A DNA stretch of 64,000 nt from a bacterium. Its GTDB lineage: Bacteria; UBA8248. Below the pieces are notes generated by a model that searched no databases, was not told the DNA's origin, and saw nothing but the letters and a program-made list of their open reading frames with translations. Made by a program: the position numbers and the translations under genes. Positions 1-9,946 of the stretch are shown here, piece after piece (position 1 is the stretch's first letter; each line of letters starts with the position of its first letter). The stretch is from positions 3,072,001 to 3,136,000 of the forward strand of contig OZ253442.1 of NCBI GenBank assembly GCA_965261085.1. The letters are read 5' to 3'.

Positions 1-45
1 CACGCGCCGGGCCGCTTTCTCATCGAAACCTGGGGGCTGACTCAT
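1..45 (-). CDS. 5' end of a gene running off the left edge (MSQPPGFDEKAARRV...), product unknown
   Basis: ATG at 45 (minus) with a purine-rich upstream stretch; frame open to the window edge; only 15 codons visible. Confidence 0.35.
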   Translation of the reverse strand, partial: MSQPPGFDEKAARRV

Positions 46-328
46 GCGCCGCTTTCTCTCATACTCACAGATGACGTGACCGAAAGGCCAAGTGTCCTCG
101 TCCGCACCGGAGCAAGTCAAGCGCTTTGGGAGTCTTTCCTTATGCGGTAATTGCCTCATCACACGGCGTCTCGCGTGAGAAATCCTAGAAAATCAACGCC
201 GCTAATCGGGCCGATCTCTCTCGCCTTTTCTCCCGTATGAGCCTCCGAGGCATTGACGCGCGTTTTCACCAGAACCTATAAGCCTAGTGAAAGTATTTTT
301 CGCATCCTCCGTCATCAGTGGAAGTCTC

Positions 329-1525
329 ATGGCCCCATCGAAGATATTCAACGTTTTTGCGATTGCGGGCAGCCACGCCATCAACGCCTTCTACACCCAG
401 CTTCTCATACCCGTACTCCCGCTCATCGTCGCGGAATTTGAGCTCAACTACGTGCAGGCGGGCCTCATCGTGACGACCTACTCGGCGGCGAACAGCGTCT
501 TTCAGTTCCCGCTTTCGTTCATATCGGACTACACCCGCCGCTGGCGGACAGTGCTGTCCCTCTCACTCTTGACCCAGGCGCTGCCCGTTCTGTTATACGG
601 CTACGCGGCGAGCTATTCCCTGCTGCTCTTGTTCGTCTTCATCGGCGGCATCGGGAGCGCGGCCTATCATCCGCCGGCCGTCGCGCTGATCACGCGCGAA
701 CTACCCGGGAGGCGCGGGTTCTGCACGGGCCTGTTCAACGGCGGGGGCGAGATGGGAAACATCATATCGCCCGCCATCGTCGGCTGGCTCGCCGTCTATC
801 TCGCGAGTTGGCGCATGGCGGCGCAGTTCTACGTCATACCCGGCGTCATATGGGCGGCGCTCATCTGGTTTCGCTTTCAGGACCAGATGGGAGAGCGCCT
901 GCCCTTTCGCCAGGCGGCGAGGTCCACTTTCGGCGCCTTGTTCGGCAACAAGCCCTTGATGCTGCTCATCGCCCTCTCCTCGTTCCGTATCATGGGCTTT
1001 CGCGGCTTCATGGCCTTTTTGCCGCTTCTTCTGGCGGAGCAGTTCGGCTTCGACACCAAGGGGGTGGGCTGGCTGCTCAGCGCCTATTTTCTCATAGGTT
1101 CGACCATGTCCATCCTCATCGGCAGGTGGTCGGACAACACGGGCAGGACCAGGCTCATCGTCGTGCTCACCTTCATGTGCGCCATCGCCATGGCCTCCCT
1201 CACATGGGTCTCAAGCCTCACGACGCTGTTGCTCGCGCTTTTCGCCGTCGCCTGCATCCTCACGCCGGTGCCCAGCCTGGTGCTGGCAATCGGCACGGAA
1301 CTGGTGGACGAGCGGGTGCGCTCGAGCTCGGTGGGAATGATCTATGGCTTCAACGAGGGCGCAAGCGCCCTTTCTCCCCTCATCGGCGGCCTCGTGGCCG
1401 AAGCGATGGGGCTCCAAATGGCGTTCACCTTCTACGCCTCGATGTTCATGGTCGGCGGGTGTATCGCCGTCTTCCTGCATAGGCAAAGCGTCTTTCAACC
1501 CCAGGCGCACAGAGGCGGAGCATGA
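329..1525 (+). CDS. MFS transporter (Fsr-like)
   Basis: About 12 hydrophobic segments, motifs SDYTRRWR and GRWSDNTGR, AYHPPA; start could be 287 or 329. Confidence 0.85.
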   Translation: MAPSKIFNVFAIAGSHAINAFYTQLLIPVLPLIVAEFELNYVQAGLIVTTYSAANSVFQFPLSFISDYTRRWRTVLSLSLLTQALPVLLYGYAASYSLLLLFVFIGGIGSAAYHPPAVALITRELPGRRGFCTGLFNGGGEMGNIISPAIVGWLAVYLASWRMAAQFYVIPGVIWAALIWFRFQDQMGERLPFRQAARSTFGALFGNKPLMLLIALSSFRIMGFRGFMAFLPLLLAEQFGFDTKGVGWLLSAYFLIGSTMSILIGRWSDNTGRTRLIVVLTFMCAIAMASLTWVSSLTTLLLALFAVACILTPVPSLVLAIGTELVDERVRSSSVGMIYGFNEGASALSPLIGGLVAEAMGLQMAFTFYASMFMVGGCIAVFLHRQSVFQPQAHRGGA

Positions 1526-2721
1526 GCGGGGCGGGAGAGATCGACGCAAGATCAGGTTCGGTTGCATCGCCACAGGATATCCCCTGGGGTGCGCTCGCCA
1601 TCTTGTTCGCCGCCCACTTCGTGGTGGACGGCACGGTGAATTTCATCGCGCCGCTCCTGCCGCTGATCCGCGAGAAATATCAGGTCTCACTCTCCACGGG
1701 CGGACTGCTCCTCACGTTCGTCTCGATGAGCGCGGCGCTCTCACAACCCGTGACGGCGATTCTGGTGGACCGCTGGCCGGGCCTCCCCTGGCTCGCCGTG
1801 GGGATGGTGGGCAGCGCGCTATTCATCACCTCCATCGGTTGGGCGCCCAATTTCACGGTGCTCACAGTAATGGTCGCCATCGGCGGTTCGATGGTCGGCC
1901 TGTGCCATCCGGACATGGCATCGCGCGCAGGCGCGCTGACGGAACGGCGCAAGGGGTTGGTCGTAAGCGTTTTCATCGCGGGAGGGCGCGTGGGCCACGG
2001 GCTTGGACCCATCATCGCCATCGGCATCGTCTCGCTCGGGGGCATGAAATGGCTCTGGGCGTTCACTCTCGTCGCCGTCGCGATGGCCCTGGCGGTGAAA
2101 TTCGGACTGCCGGAGCCCAAATCGCCCCCCACGAGCGGCGGGAAAGCCTCGATATGGAATTTTGTAAAGGCGCTGCGCTCAGCGGGTACGCCACTTCTTC
2201 TCCTATCGGGCGTCACGATTTGCCGCGCCATCGTGAACATCAATTTCATCAGCCTTCTTCCCTCGCTTTACGCCGAGCGGGGCATGAGCATCTGGAGCGG
2301 GGGGGTGGCCAGCGCCATCATGCTGATCTCGGGCGCGCTGGGCGTCATGGCGGGCGGCGCTTTGGGAGATCGTCTCGGGAAAAAAAACATGATCGTCATC
2401 GGCATCGGGCTCGGGGCTTTCTTCGTCTCCGCCTTTTTGATGGCGCCGCCCGAATGGAGCTTCCCCCTGCTGGCTTTACTGGGTTTCGCCACCTATCTCC
2501 CGATGGGGGTGACGATGGCCTTCGCCCAGCAACTGATGCCCCACAACCGGGGTCTGGCCAGCTCCATCACGCTCGGCCTCTCGTGGTTCATCGCGAGTTT
2601 TTCGGTCTATCCGATGTCCGTTCTCGGCGAGTGGGTCGGGCTGGCCAGCGCCTTCTGGGCCCTGCCCGGCTTTTTCATCGCCGCCAGCGCGTTCGCGCTC
2701 TTTCTGCCGAAAGTCCGGTAA
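1522..2721 (+). CDS. MFS transporter (Fsr-like), coupled to the upstream paralog
   Basis: ATGA overlap; AHFVVD, LCHPD, GALGDRLGKK MFS motifs. Confidence 0.87.
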   Translation: MSGAGEIDARSGSVASPQDIPWGALAILFAAHFVVDGTVNFIAPLLPLIREKYQVSLSTGGLLLTFVSMSAALSQPVTAILVDRWPGLPWLAVGMVGSALFITSIGWAPNFTVLTVMVAIGGSMVGLCHPDMASRAGALTERRKGLVVSVFIAGGRVGHGLGPIIAIGIVSLGGMKWLWAFTLVAVAMALAVKFGLPEPKSPPTSGGKASIWNFVKALRSAGTPLLLLSGVTICRAIVNINFISLLPSLYAERGMSIWSGGVASAIMLISGALGVMAGGALGDRLGKKNMIVIGIGLGAFFVSAFLMAPPEWSFPLLALLGFATYLPMGVTMAFAQQLMPHNRGLASSITLGLSWFIASFSVYPMSVLGEWVGLASAFWALPGFFIAASAFALFLPKVR

Positions 2722-2736
2722 CACCCATGCGCGCAT

Positions 2737-2772
2737 AAAAAAAAGACAGCCCGAAACGAGCCGCCTTTTTTC
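2737..2772. terminator. Possible bidirectional intrinsic terminator between convergent genes
   Basis: A-tract, imperfect GC hairpin, T-tract. Confidence 0.35.
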
Positions 2773-2784
2773 GTTTTACTTCGC

Positions 2785-3423
2785 TTAGGCCGTGACGGCC
2801 TGCTCGGCGAGCAACTCATCGAGCACCCGATCGATTCTCGGCTGCTCCGTCCAACTCGCCTTGTAGGCGATATTCCCGTCCTTGTCGATGACGAAGACCA
2901 TGTTCGGCATGCGCCCGTAGGCGTTCACTACCGCTTCATCGACATCATCCACCAGAACGGGGATTTTCATGCCGAATTCCGCCACCAACTCTTTCGCGTA
3001 ATCCATCTTGTGCTCGAAGGAGGTGTGCTGGGTGTATTTTTTGAAGTACTTGCGCTCCTGCGCGTGCGGTTCCTTGGAATAGACGACGAAGAACTCGACG
3101 TCCTTGTCCTTATAGCGCTCATGCAACTCGTCCATACCCGGCACCTGCCGGCGGAAGGGAGGTCACGTAATGGCGCCGAATTCGAGGACGATGTTCTTCT
3201 CCCCGCGAAAATCCGCCAAATCCACGGTTTCGCCCGTCGTGCTTTGGAGCTTCACCGGAGGCGCAGGCCGGCCGGGTTTCAACTGATCCTCAAACGCCTT
3301 GTGGCGAACCTTTCTGAATCCGCTCATCTCACGCTTGATCATCAAAAACGGATCCAGATACCACATGCTCCACAAGCCCCCCAGAGGACCCGGCGGCCTG
3401 TCGATAAAGTCTTCTTTCCGCAT
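2785..3423 (-). CDS. Deiodinase-like / thioredoxin-fold selenoprotein, 212 aa, Sec at in-frame TGA 3165-3163
   Basis: ORFs 3163-3423 and 2785-3144 share a frame; readthrough gives NIVLEFGAIT-U-PPFRRQ...FFVVYSKEPH, matching deiodinase FGSCTUPPF...YIEEAH; SECIS-like hairpin downstream. Confidence 0.88.
3138..3151 (-). promoter_or_regulatory. Putative bacterial SECIS element
   Basis: mRNA UGA + 11 nt + CCGGC-AGGU-GCCGG hairpin; spacing and AGGU loop resemble the E. coli fdhF SECIS as recalled. Confidence 0.75.
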
Positions 3424-3534
3424 CTAGCAACCTCCTATAGAACGATGAATGGCGATGAAAAAATCAGTGTATTTCCTTTCCGGGTTTTTGTCGATTCGTC
3501 GGCTGAGACGGCCTCTCCGAGACAATACCAGGTG

Positions 3535-4308
3535 CTAGGATGAGCTTGGACCCCTTTCGAACACGCTCCAGTAGACGTCCATCACCCTTCTGAATCCCAC
3601 GCTTTCGAACACGCGCTCGGACGCCTCGTTTCCCGCCACGATGTAGCAATAGGCCGCACGTCCTCTGGCGAATTGCGCCTCGACGAGGGCGGACACCACC
3701 ACGCGCGCAAGGCCCTGGCCGCGGAAGCGCTCCATCGTGTGCAGCATGCCGAGCGAACCGTTCGCATGTACAACAATGTATGAAGCTAGTTCGCCCCCGA
3801 CCCGTATCGCCGCAGTGGACCCGTTCTGAATTCTCGACAGGCTATACGCCTCTCCTTCCTCGTAGGGTGAATTCTCGGCCAGTATCTTCGCGTCCTCGCT
3901 TTTGAGACTTTCGATGCGATGCGTGCTGAACATGGGCCTGAAATCTTCTTTCTCAAGAACGAACATGCCCACGGGCGAGCCCCGGATGAGTTTTCTTCGC
4001 TGCGCCACCGCCTCCTGAATTTCGAGAGGGGTGGAGGAGAGCTTGAGATAGCCCTCACTCCGCTCCATCTGGGCGGAGAGGCGTTCCATCTCTTCGAGTC
4101 TGGTGAGAATCGCCTCAGGCCGCCCCAGCGGCGTGAGCCAGCCGCGCCCGGCGTTCACCGCCATCCGTGGCGCGGCGAGATCATCCACCCAGAGGGAGAC
4201 GGCCTCTCCCCCCTCGGCGATGGCCTCTGCAAAGCGCACCCGAAGCGGCCCCTGCTCGTTTAAGAATTTTTCAAAAGATTCGCTGCCGGGGTTCTCCAAT
4301 CGAAACAA
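3535..4308 (-). CDS. GNAT family N-acetyltransferase (FR47-like C-terminal domain)
   Basis: LHTMERFRGQGLA acetyl-CoA motif; NEASERVFESVGF. Confidence 0.85.
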   Translation of the reverse strand: MFRLENPGSESFEKFLNEQGPLRVRFAEAIAEGGEAVSLWVDDLAAPRMAVNAGRGWLTPLGRPEAILTRLEEMERLSAQMERSEGYLKLSSTPLEIQEAVAQRRKLIRGSPVGMFVLEKEDFRPMFSTHRIESLKSEDAKILAENSPYEEGEAYSLSRIQNGSTAAIRVGGELASYIVVHANGSLGMLHTMERFRGQGLARVVVSALVEAQFARGRAAYCYIVAGNEASERVFESVGFRRVMDVYWSVFERGPSSS

Positions 4309-4428
4309 TTTTCGCTACACTCCCATGCGGATGAAAAAACGCCGTCCTTTCGGAGAAGTGATTATACCCGCTCATCTTCGCGAATGCAGAGACGGGGAAA
4401 CTAAAAACAAAGCGCATCAGGAGAGAAA

Positions 4429-5502
4429 ATGAAGAATTACCGGATCATCACCATCCCGGGAGACGGAATCGGCCCCGAACTCATGGAATCCACCACCGCC
4501 GTCCTCGAAGCCGTGCAGCACGCGGATGAGACTTTAACCCTGAACCTCGAAGAACACGAAGCGGGCGCCGCCCGGTACGCCAAGTACGGAAAACGCATCA
4601 GCGATGAAACCATACAGGCGTGCCGCGAGGCGGACGGCGTCCTCAAAGCGCCGGTCGGGAATCCGGCCGTCCGCACGCCGGAGGGCACCGAGGCGGGGCT
4701 TCTGGGAGGAGTTCTGAGAACGGGGCTCGACCTGTTCGCCAACATGCGGCCCGTGAAACTCTACCCGGGCATCCGGAGTCCCCTGGCGGGCTATGCGCCC
4801 GGCGGCATCGATTACGTCGTGGTCCGCGAGAACACCGAGGGACTCTACGCCTCGCGCGACAAGGGAGTCGGCGGCCCCAACGCCGTGGCCGACACCATGA
4901 TCATCACCCGCCCGGGAGTGGAGCGCGTCGTGAGGTTCGCCTTCGAGCTCTCGCGCAAAAGAGGCGGCGCGCCCGAAGACGGCGTCCGGCGCGTCACCTG
5001 CGTGGACAAAAGCAACGTGCTTCGCTCCATGGCCCTGTTCCGCGAGGTATTTTTTGAAGTTGCAGCCGAGTATCCCGACATCGAGGCGGAAGCGGTGTAT
5101 TCGGACGCCTGCGCCAACCATCTCATCATTCGCCCGGCGCACTACGACGTACTGGTGATGGAGAACATGCTGGGAGATTTACTCAGCGACTTAGGGGGAG
5201 CCACGGCCGGCGGCCTCGGCATGTGCCCCTCGGGGAACATCGGGGAGAAATTCGCCTTTTTCGAGGCGGTTCACGGCTCGGCGCCCGACATCGCCGGAAA
5301 AGGCATCGCCAATCCCTTGAGCCTCGTTCTCTCCGCCGCCCTCATGCTCGCCCACATCGGGGAGAGCGAAGCCGCGAACCAGATAGAAACCAGCGTGTGG
5401 GAAGCGCTCGAGGCTGGGGAGATACGAATCGACGGCAAGGGACGCGCCGTCGACGGCTCACAGGCCATCACCGACGCGGTGTGCGCCCGCGTGAGGGCAT
5501 AA
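4429..5502 (+). CDS. Isocitrate/isopropylmalate/tartrate dehydrogenase family protein
   Basis: IPGDGIGPE, VRENTEGLY, VDKSNV, NMLGDLLSD, FEAVHGSAPDIAGKGIANP. Confidence 0.92.
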   Translation: MKNYRIITIPGDGIGPELMESTTAVLEAVQHADETLTLNLEEHEAGAARYAKYGKRISDETIQACREADGVLKAPVGNPAVRTPEGTEAGLLGGVLRTGLDLFANMRPVKLYPGIRSPLAGYAPGGIDYVVVRENTEGLYASRDKGVGGPNAVADTMIITRPGVERVVRFAFELSRKRGGAPEDGVRRVTCVDKSNVLRSMALFREVFFEVAAEYPDIEAEAVYSDACANHLIIRPAHYDVLVMENMLGDLLSDLGGATAGGLGMCPSGNIGEKFAFFEAVHGSAPDIAGKGIANPLSLVLSAALMLAHIGESEAANQIETSVWEALEAGEIRIDGKGRAVDGSQAITDAVCARVRA

Positions 5503-5504
5503 GT

Positions 5505-6191
5505 CTAGGAAAATCGCTCGCGCAAAAGGGTCCACACGGCGATAAAACCGTCTCGCCAGGTGATCTTCTTTCCCTCGGCGTAGGTGCGGCCATAGTAGGA
5601 AATCGGAACCTCGTAGATGCGCCACTTTGCGGGCTTCAGGATTTTCGCGGTGAACTCCGGCTCGAAGTCAAATCCTTTGGCCCGGATTTGGATGTCCTTC
5701 ACCACCTCGCGCCGGAACATCTTGTAGCAGGTTTCCATGTCGGTGAGCGTGCAGTTGAACAACATGTTGGCCAAAGTGGTCAGCATGTGGTTCCCCACTT
5801 TGTGCCAGAACATGTGCACGCGCTGGGGTTTGCCGCCAAAGCGCGTGCCGTAGACCACGTCGGCCACCCCCTGGCGGATGGGGTCGTAGAGATCGGCGTA
5901 TTCGGCGGGGTCGTATTCCAGGTCCGCATCCTGAACGACGATCACGTCCCCGCTCGCCGCTGCGAAGCCATCGCACAGAGCGGCTCCCTTACCCTCGTTT
6001 TTCTCCCGGTAAATGACGCGCGCACCGTCTTTTTCGATTTCAGCCAGGATCTCCCGGGTGCCGTCCGTGCTGCCGTCATCGACGATGAGGAGTTCGATGT
6101 TCATCGGCACCGCCTGGACTCTGGCGACGATTTCGCGAATCGTGTCCCGCTCGTTGTAGCACGGCATCACCACGCTCAGTAAATCGGGCAT
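5505..6191 (-). CDS. Glycosyltransferase family 2 (polyprenol-phosphate glycosyltransferase-like)
   Basis: SVVMPCYNE, VDDGSTDGT, GKGAAL, QDADLEYDP, TDMETCYK; start uncertain (6191-6239). Confidence 0.92.
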   Translation of the reverse strand: MPDLLSVVMPCYNERDTIREIVARVQAVPMNIELLIVDDGSTDGTREILAEIEKDGARVIYREKNEGKGAALCDGFAAASGDVIVVQDADLEYDPAEYADLYDPIRQGVADVVYGTRFGGKPQRVHMFWHKVGNHMLTTLANMLFNCTLTDMETCYKMFRREVVKDIQIRAKGFDFEPEFTAKILKPAKWRIYEVPISYYGRTYAEGKKITWRDGFIAVWTLLRERFS

Positions 6192-6406
6192 CTGGTCTTC
6201 ATCGTTCACGACAGTTCTCCCCATCTGAGGGTCGAGCACTCCATGAAATCTACGCGGGTATCGCGCGAAAGACTACATGCTCCCCCCCCTACGGTCAATT
6301 TATTTTTCAGGACCAGCGGCTCTCCGGCTTGGCAAGTTCTCCCCTGCGTGAGAATATTCGCCCCCAAGTGTTTTTTCGAAAATTATCCCGGCGCCAGGAT
6401 TACGAA

Positions 6407-7534
6407 ATGCCATCACATCTACTTGAACGAATGAAGACGCTGTGTTCCCTGCCCGGCCCGCCGGGTCATGAGGGCGCCGTGAGAGACGCTATCGCGGAAA
6501 TGGTGAAAGGGAGCGCGAATGAACTGCGCCGCGACCCTATCGGGAACCTCATCGCCTGTCACGAAGCGAACGAGGCGGCGCCGCACCTGCTCCTGGAATG
6601 CCATATGGACGAGGTGGGCCTCATCGTCACGCGCGTGGAGGCGGGCGGCGCGATTCGCTTCGAAAAAGTGGGCCTCGTGGCCGATGCGATTTTCCCGGGA
6701 CGCGAGGTCGCCCTCCTGACGCTGGACGGGAACCTTCACCGCGGGGTCGTCAACGTGCGCAGCGGACATCTCCAATCCTTACAGGGCCAGGAACACCCCG
6801 GCATCGAGGAGATGTGGATAGACTTAGGCGCTTCGGACGATGCGCCGATTCGCGCGCTCGGCATCGAGGCGGGCACGCCGGGCGTGTTCCACAGCCCCTT
6901 CACGCAGCTACCCGGAGGAGCCTGGAAGTCGAAGGCGGTGGACAACCGCTCGGGCTGCGCCCTGTGCGTGGAGGCGTTTATCAACACGGCCAACTCGCTC
7001 TCGGACAAGCTCCGCCTGAGCGCCGCCTTTTGCGCCCAAGAAGAAATCGGCGGACGCGGTGCTTCGGTGCTTTCCGTGGATGAGACGGGAGCCGAACCGC
7101 CCTTTCTCGCCATCGTGCTCGACAACGTGCCATCAGACGGCCCGGGCCGCTCCGACGCGCGCGGGTCGAAAATCGGGGCGGGGCCGGTTTTGAGGAGATA
7201 CGACCACCAGCCCACGAGCCTCTATGGCTACATCACCCCGCCCGAGCTGATTCAGTGGGTGAAAGACACGGCGAGCGACGCCCACGTGCCCCTGCAAGAA
7301 GACGTGTTCGTGGGCACTTTTCTCGATTCCACCACCTTGAGCAAATCCCGGCCGGGCGGACTGCCCACCGTGCCGATCAATCTGCCCAGGCGCTATTCCC
7401 ACAGTCCGGTGGAGACGTTCATGGAATCGGACCTGGAAGCCACAGCAGCGCTCATCGGCGCCCTGCTCCGCTCCGCCGCCGAGGGAGGAGCGCCGAATCT
7501 GAGGCGGGACTATTTATCGCCCTCTGATGCGTGA
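6407..7534 (+). CDS. M42 family metallopeptidase
   Basis: HMDEVG, AVDNRSG, QEEIG, RYSHS metal-ligand motifs. Confidence 0.88.
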   Translation: MPSHLLERMKTLCSLPGPPGHEGAVRDAIAEMVKGSANELRRDPIGNLIACHEANEAAPHLLLECHMDEVGLIVTRVEAGGAIRFEKVGLVADAIFPGREVALLTLDGNLHRGVVNVRSGHLQSLQGQEHPGIEEMWIDLGASDDAPIRALGIEAGTPGVFHSPFTQLPGGAWKSKAVDNRSGCALCVEAFINTANSLSDKLRLSAAFCAQEEIGGRGASVLSVDETGAEPPFLAIVLDNVPSDGPGRSDARGSKIGAGPVLRRYDHQPTSLYGYITPPELIQWVKDTASDAHVPLQEDVFVGTFLDSTTLSKSRPGGLPTVPINLPRRYSHSPVETFMESDLEATAALIGALLRSAAEGGAPNLRRDYLSPSDA

Positions 7535-7571
7535 AAACCTAAGAAGCCCACATTTTGGAGAAAAGAAACCT

Positions 7572-8423
7572 GTGTCGAAAGTGATCCGCGTCGCCCATAG
7601 CCCCGATTCGGACGATGCCTTCATGTTTCACGCCCTGGCGAACGAGAAGATCGCCCAGGGGGCTTATGAATTCATCCATGAACTCCACGACATCGAAACG
7701 CTGAACCAAGCCGCTTTAGAGGGCAAATACGAGGTGAGCGCCATCAGCTTTCACGCATATTGCCACCTGGCCGATCACTACGCCATTTTACCGCACGGGG
7801 CAAGTTTTGGAGATAATTACGGCCCCGTCATCATCTCACGCGAGCCGATGACGCCCGAAGCGCTCCGGGACGTGGAAATCGCCATCCCCGGCCTGCTGAC
7901 GACTGCCTATCTCACGCTCCGCCTGTATATGGGAGGCGAGGAGCCGAAACATCGCGTGGTGCATTTCGACCAAATCATGGACGAGGTGAAAAAGGGAGCT
8001 TCGCCGGCGGGTCTTCTGATACACGAGGGCCAGCTCACCTATGAGGAGGAGGGCTTCCACCTCGTGGAGGATCTCGGCAAGTGGTGGATGCGCGAAACCG
8101 GAGGCCCCCTGCCCCTGGGATGCAACGTCATCCGAAAAGACTTAGGACCCGAGGTCGTGGGCGAGGTGAGCCGACTGCTTCACCAGAGCATCGTCTATGC
8201 TCTCGAGAACCGAGACGAGGCGCTCGACCACGCCATGGCCTACGCCAGAGATTTGCCGCGCGAGAAGGCGGACGTTTTCGTCAGCATGTACGTGAACGAG
8301 TGGACGCGCTCATACGGCGACGCCGGGCGCAAGGCCGTCTCCACCCTGTTGAGCCGCGCAGCGGAGGTGGGCATCATACCCGAAAGGATAGAGCCGGAGT
8401 TCGTATCCTCACCCACTGACTGA
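7572..8423 (+). CDS. mqnD: 1,4-dihydroxy-6-naphthoate synthase (futalosine menaquinone pathway)
   Basis: AHSPDSDDAFMF, DIETLN, LLIHEGQLTY, PLPLG, MYVN; GTG start with GGAG RBS. Confidence 0.9.
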   Translation: MSKVIRVAHSPDSDDAFMFHALANEKIAQGAYEFIHELHDIETLNQAALEGKYEVSAISFHAYCHLADHYAILPHGASFGDNYGPVIISREPMTPEALRDVEIAIPGLLTTAYLTLRLYMGGEEPKHRVVHFDQIMDEVKKGASPAGLLIHEGQLTYEEEGFHLVEDLGKWWMRETGGPLPLGCNVIRKDLGPEVVGEVSRLLHQSIVYALENRDEALDHAMAYARDLPREKADVFVSMYVNEWTRSYGDAGRKAVSTLLSRAAEVGIIPERIEPEFVSSPTD

Positions 8424-8440
8424 AAAGCGGAGGCGGATTC

Positions 8441-8824
8441 ATGCTGGAGGGAATGCACCACATATCCATCAGCGTCGATGACCTGGAGGAAGCGCGCGAA
8501 TTTTACGCCGCTCTACTGGAACTCGCGGAAATCGACCGCCCGAACCTGCCGAATCCCGGCTACTGGTTCCAGGCGGGCGCCTGCCAGCTTCATCTGACGG
8601 GACGCCGGGACCGGGCGAGCGAAACGTCCATTCCGGGCACCGGGGCCGGAGAAACGCATTTCGCCTTCGCGGCGTCTGATCTGGAACCCGTAAAACGAAG
8701 GCTCGAGATTGCGGGCGTGGACGTGAAAGACGGAATCAACACCGGGCTGGGATTGCGGCAACTGTTCTTCAGAGACCCCTCGGACAACCTCGTCGAGGTA
8801 TTCTGCACGCTGGACGAGTCATGA
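8441..8824 (+). CDS. VOC/glyoxalase family protein
   Basis: HHISISVDDL, HFAF, FFRDPSDNLVE. Confidence 0.88.
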   Translation: MLEGMHHISISVDDLEEAREFYAALLELAEIDRPNLPNPGYWFQAGACQLHLTGRRDRASETSIPGTGAGETHFAFAASDLEPVKRRLEIAGVDVKDGINTGLGLRQLFFRDPSDNLVEVFCTLDES

Positions 8825-8828
8825 CACC

Positions 8829-9254
8829 ATGAAACGAAACAGATTTCATCTGGCCGGGGCCGTGCCCTGGCGAAAGATAGAAGATGGGCTGGAAATCCTC
8901 CTCATCACCACGCGCGACAGACCGTTTAGCGACGACCCCTGGTGGATAGTGCCCCAAGGGGGCGTGGAACCGGGGCAAACCGCTCAAGAAGCCGCCATCG
9001 TCGAAACTTGGGAAGAAAGCGGTGTTCGCGGAGTGGCGTCAGACGAGCCCATTGCGCGTTATGAATACGACATCGGCGCGGGCAGGTGTAAAGTCGACAT
9101 CTTCGAAATAGAGGTCGAAGTCGTCGAGGACGACTGGCCCGAGAGCCACGAGAGAAGGCGCGTCTGGCTCTCCGCCGAGGACGCTCTGGAAACCATCTCG
9201 GGAGAAACGCTCCGAAGTATCCTGAGAGAATTCCTGAGGAGAAAGGGACTTTAG
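8829..9254 (+). CDS. NUDIX hydrolase
   Basis: Nudix box GGVEPGQTAQEAAIVETWEESG; WPESHERRRVW. Confidence 0.85.
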   Translation: MKRNRFHLAGAVPWRKIEDGLEILLITTRDRPFSDDPWWIVPQGGVEPGQTAQEAAIVETWEESGVRGVASDEPIARYEYDIGAGRCKVDIFEIEVEVVEDDWPESHERRRVWLSAEDALETISGETLRSILREFLRRKGL

Positions 9255-9946
9255 GGCCTTCGCGCCGCGATGAGCGCGCGGTTGTAATGGAGATACAAGG
9301 GCGCGGCTCTAAAGCCTGCGGCCGCAAGCCACGCGACATGCTCATCCAGGCTTGGGGGGTAATCATCCTTACCCCCGTAGCGCTCGCGATACTCACCGAA
9401 CGTCATCGGCGCATCCACACCCCGGTTCAAACGATTCCACACACGCTCATATTCAGCGGGCAAGTCGTCAAAGCGCGGATCGACCCGATCGAGTATGTAA
9501 AAAGCACCCCCCGGGCGGAGGAGTTCAAACACTTTTTTATAGACCGCCCGCTTCCTGTCGTGGGTAATTTCATGCAAGGCCTGGCTGCTGAAGACGGCCG
9601 CGTAGGGCGCATGGAGAAATTCGACCGCTTCCAAATCGTTCATATCACCTAGAATCGGTTGATATCTCCCCGCATAAGCGCATAAACGCTCCGAGGCGAG
9701 CTTCAACATCTCCTCCGAACTATCGAGACACGCCACCCTCGCATGGGGGATGCGCTCTAAAATGAGGGCTTCCACCTGGCCCGAGCCTGCGCCCAAGTCC
9801 AGAATCCACCCATCCTCCGTTCCCACTCCCTCCAGCAGTGTGATGAGCAGATCGAGTTGATTCGCCCGGTCGGGATTGTCTCGCGCGGCGTTCACCGCAT
9901 CCCAGTTCTGGACGAAACCCTCCTCCCCCCAGGCGTCTTTCGCCAT
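9251..9946 (-). CDS. Class I SAM-dependent methyltransferase
   Basis: ILDLGAGSG, LDSSEEML, ALHE, LRPGG; TAATG coupling to the upstream MmgE/PrpD gene. Confidence 0.88.
   Translation of the reverse strand: MAKDAWGEEGFVQNWDAVNAARDNPDRANQLDLLITLLEGVGTEDGWILDLGAGSGQVEALILERIPHARVACLDSSEEMLKLASERLCAYAGRYQPILGDMNDLEAVEFLHAPYAAVFSSQALHEITHDRKRAVYKKVFELLRPGGAFYILDRVDPRFDDLPAEYERVWNRLNRGVDAPMTFGEYRERYGGKDDYPPSLDEHVAWLAAAGFRAAPLYLHYNRALIAARRP

Noticed and set aside
60-110. Hammerhead-like words (GATGA...GAAA) near the left edge
   Set aside because: The core is CAGATGA rather than CTGANGA and the stems do not close.
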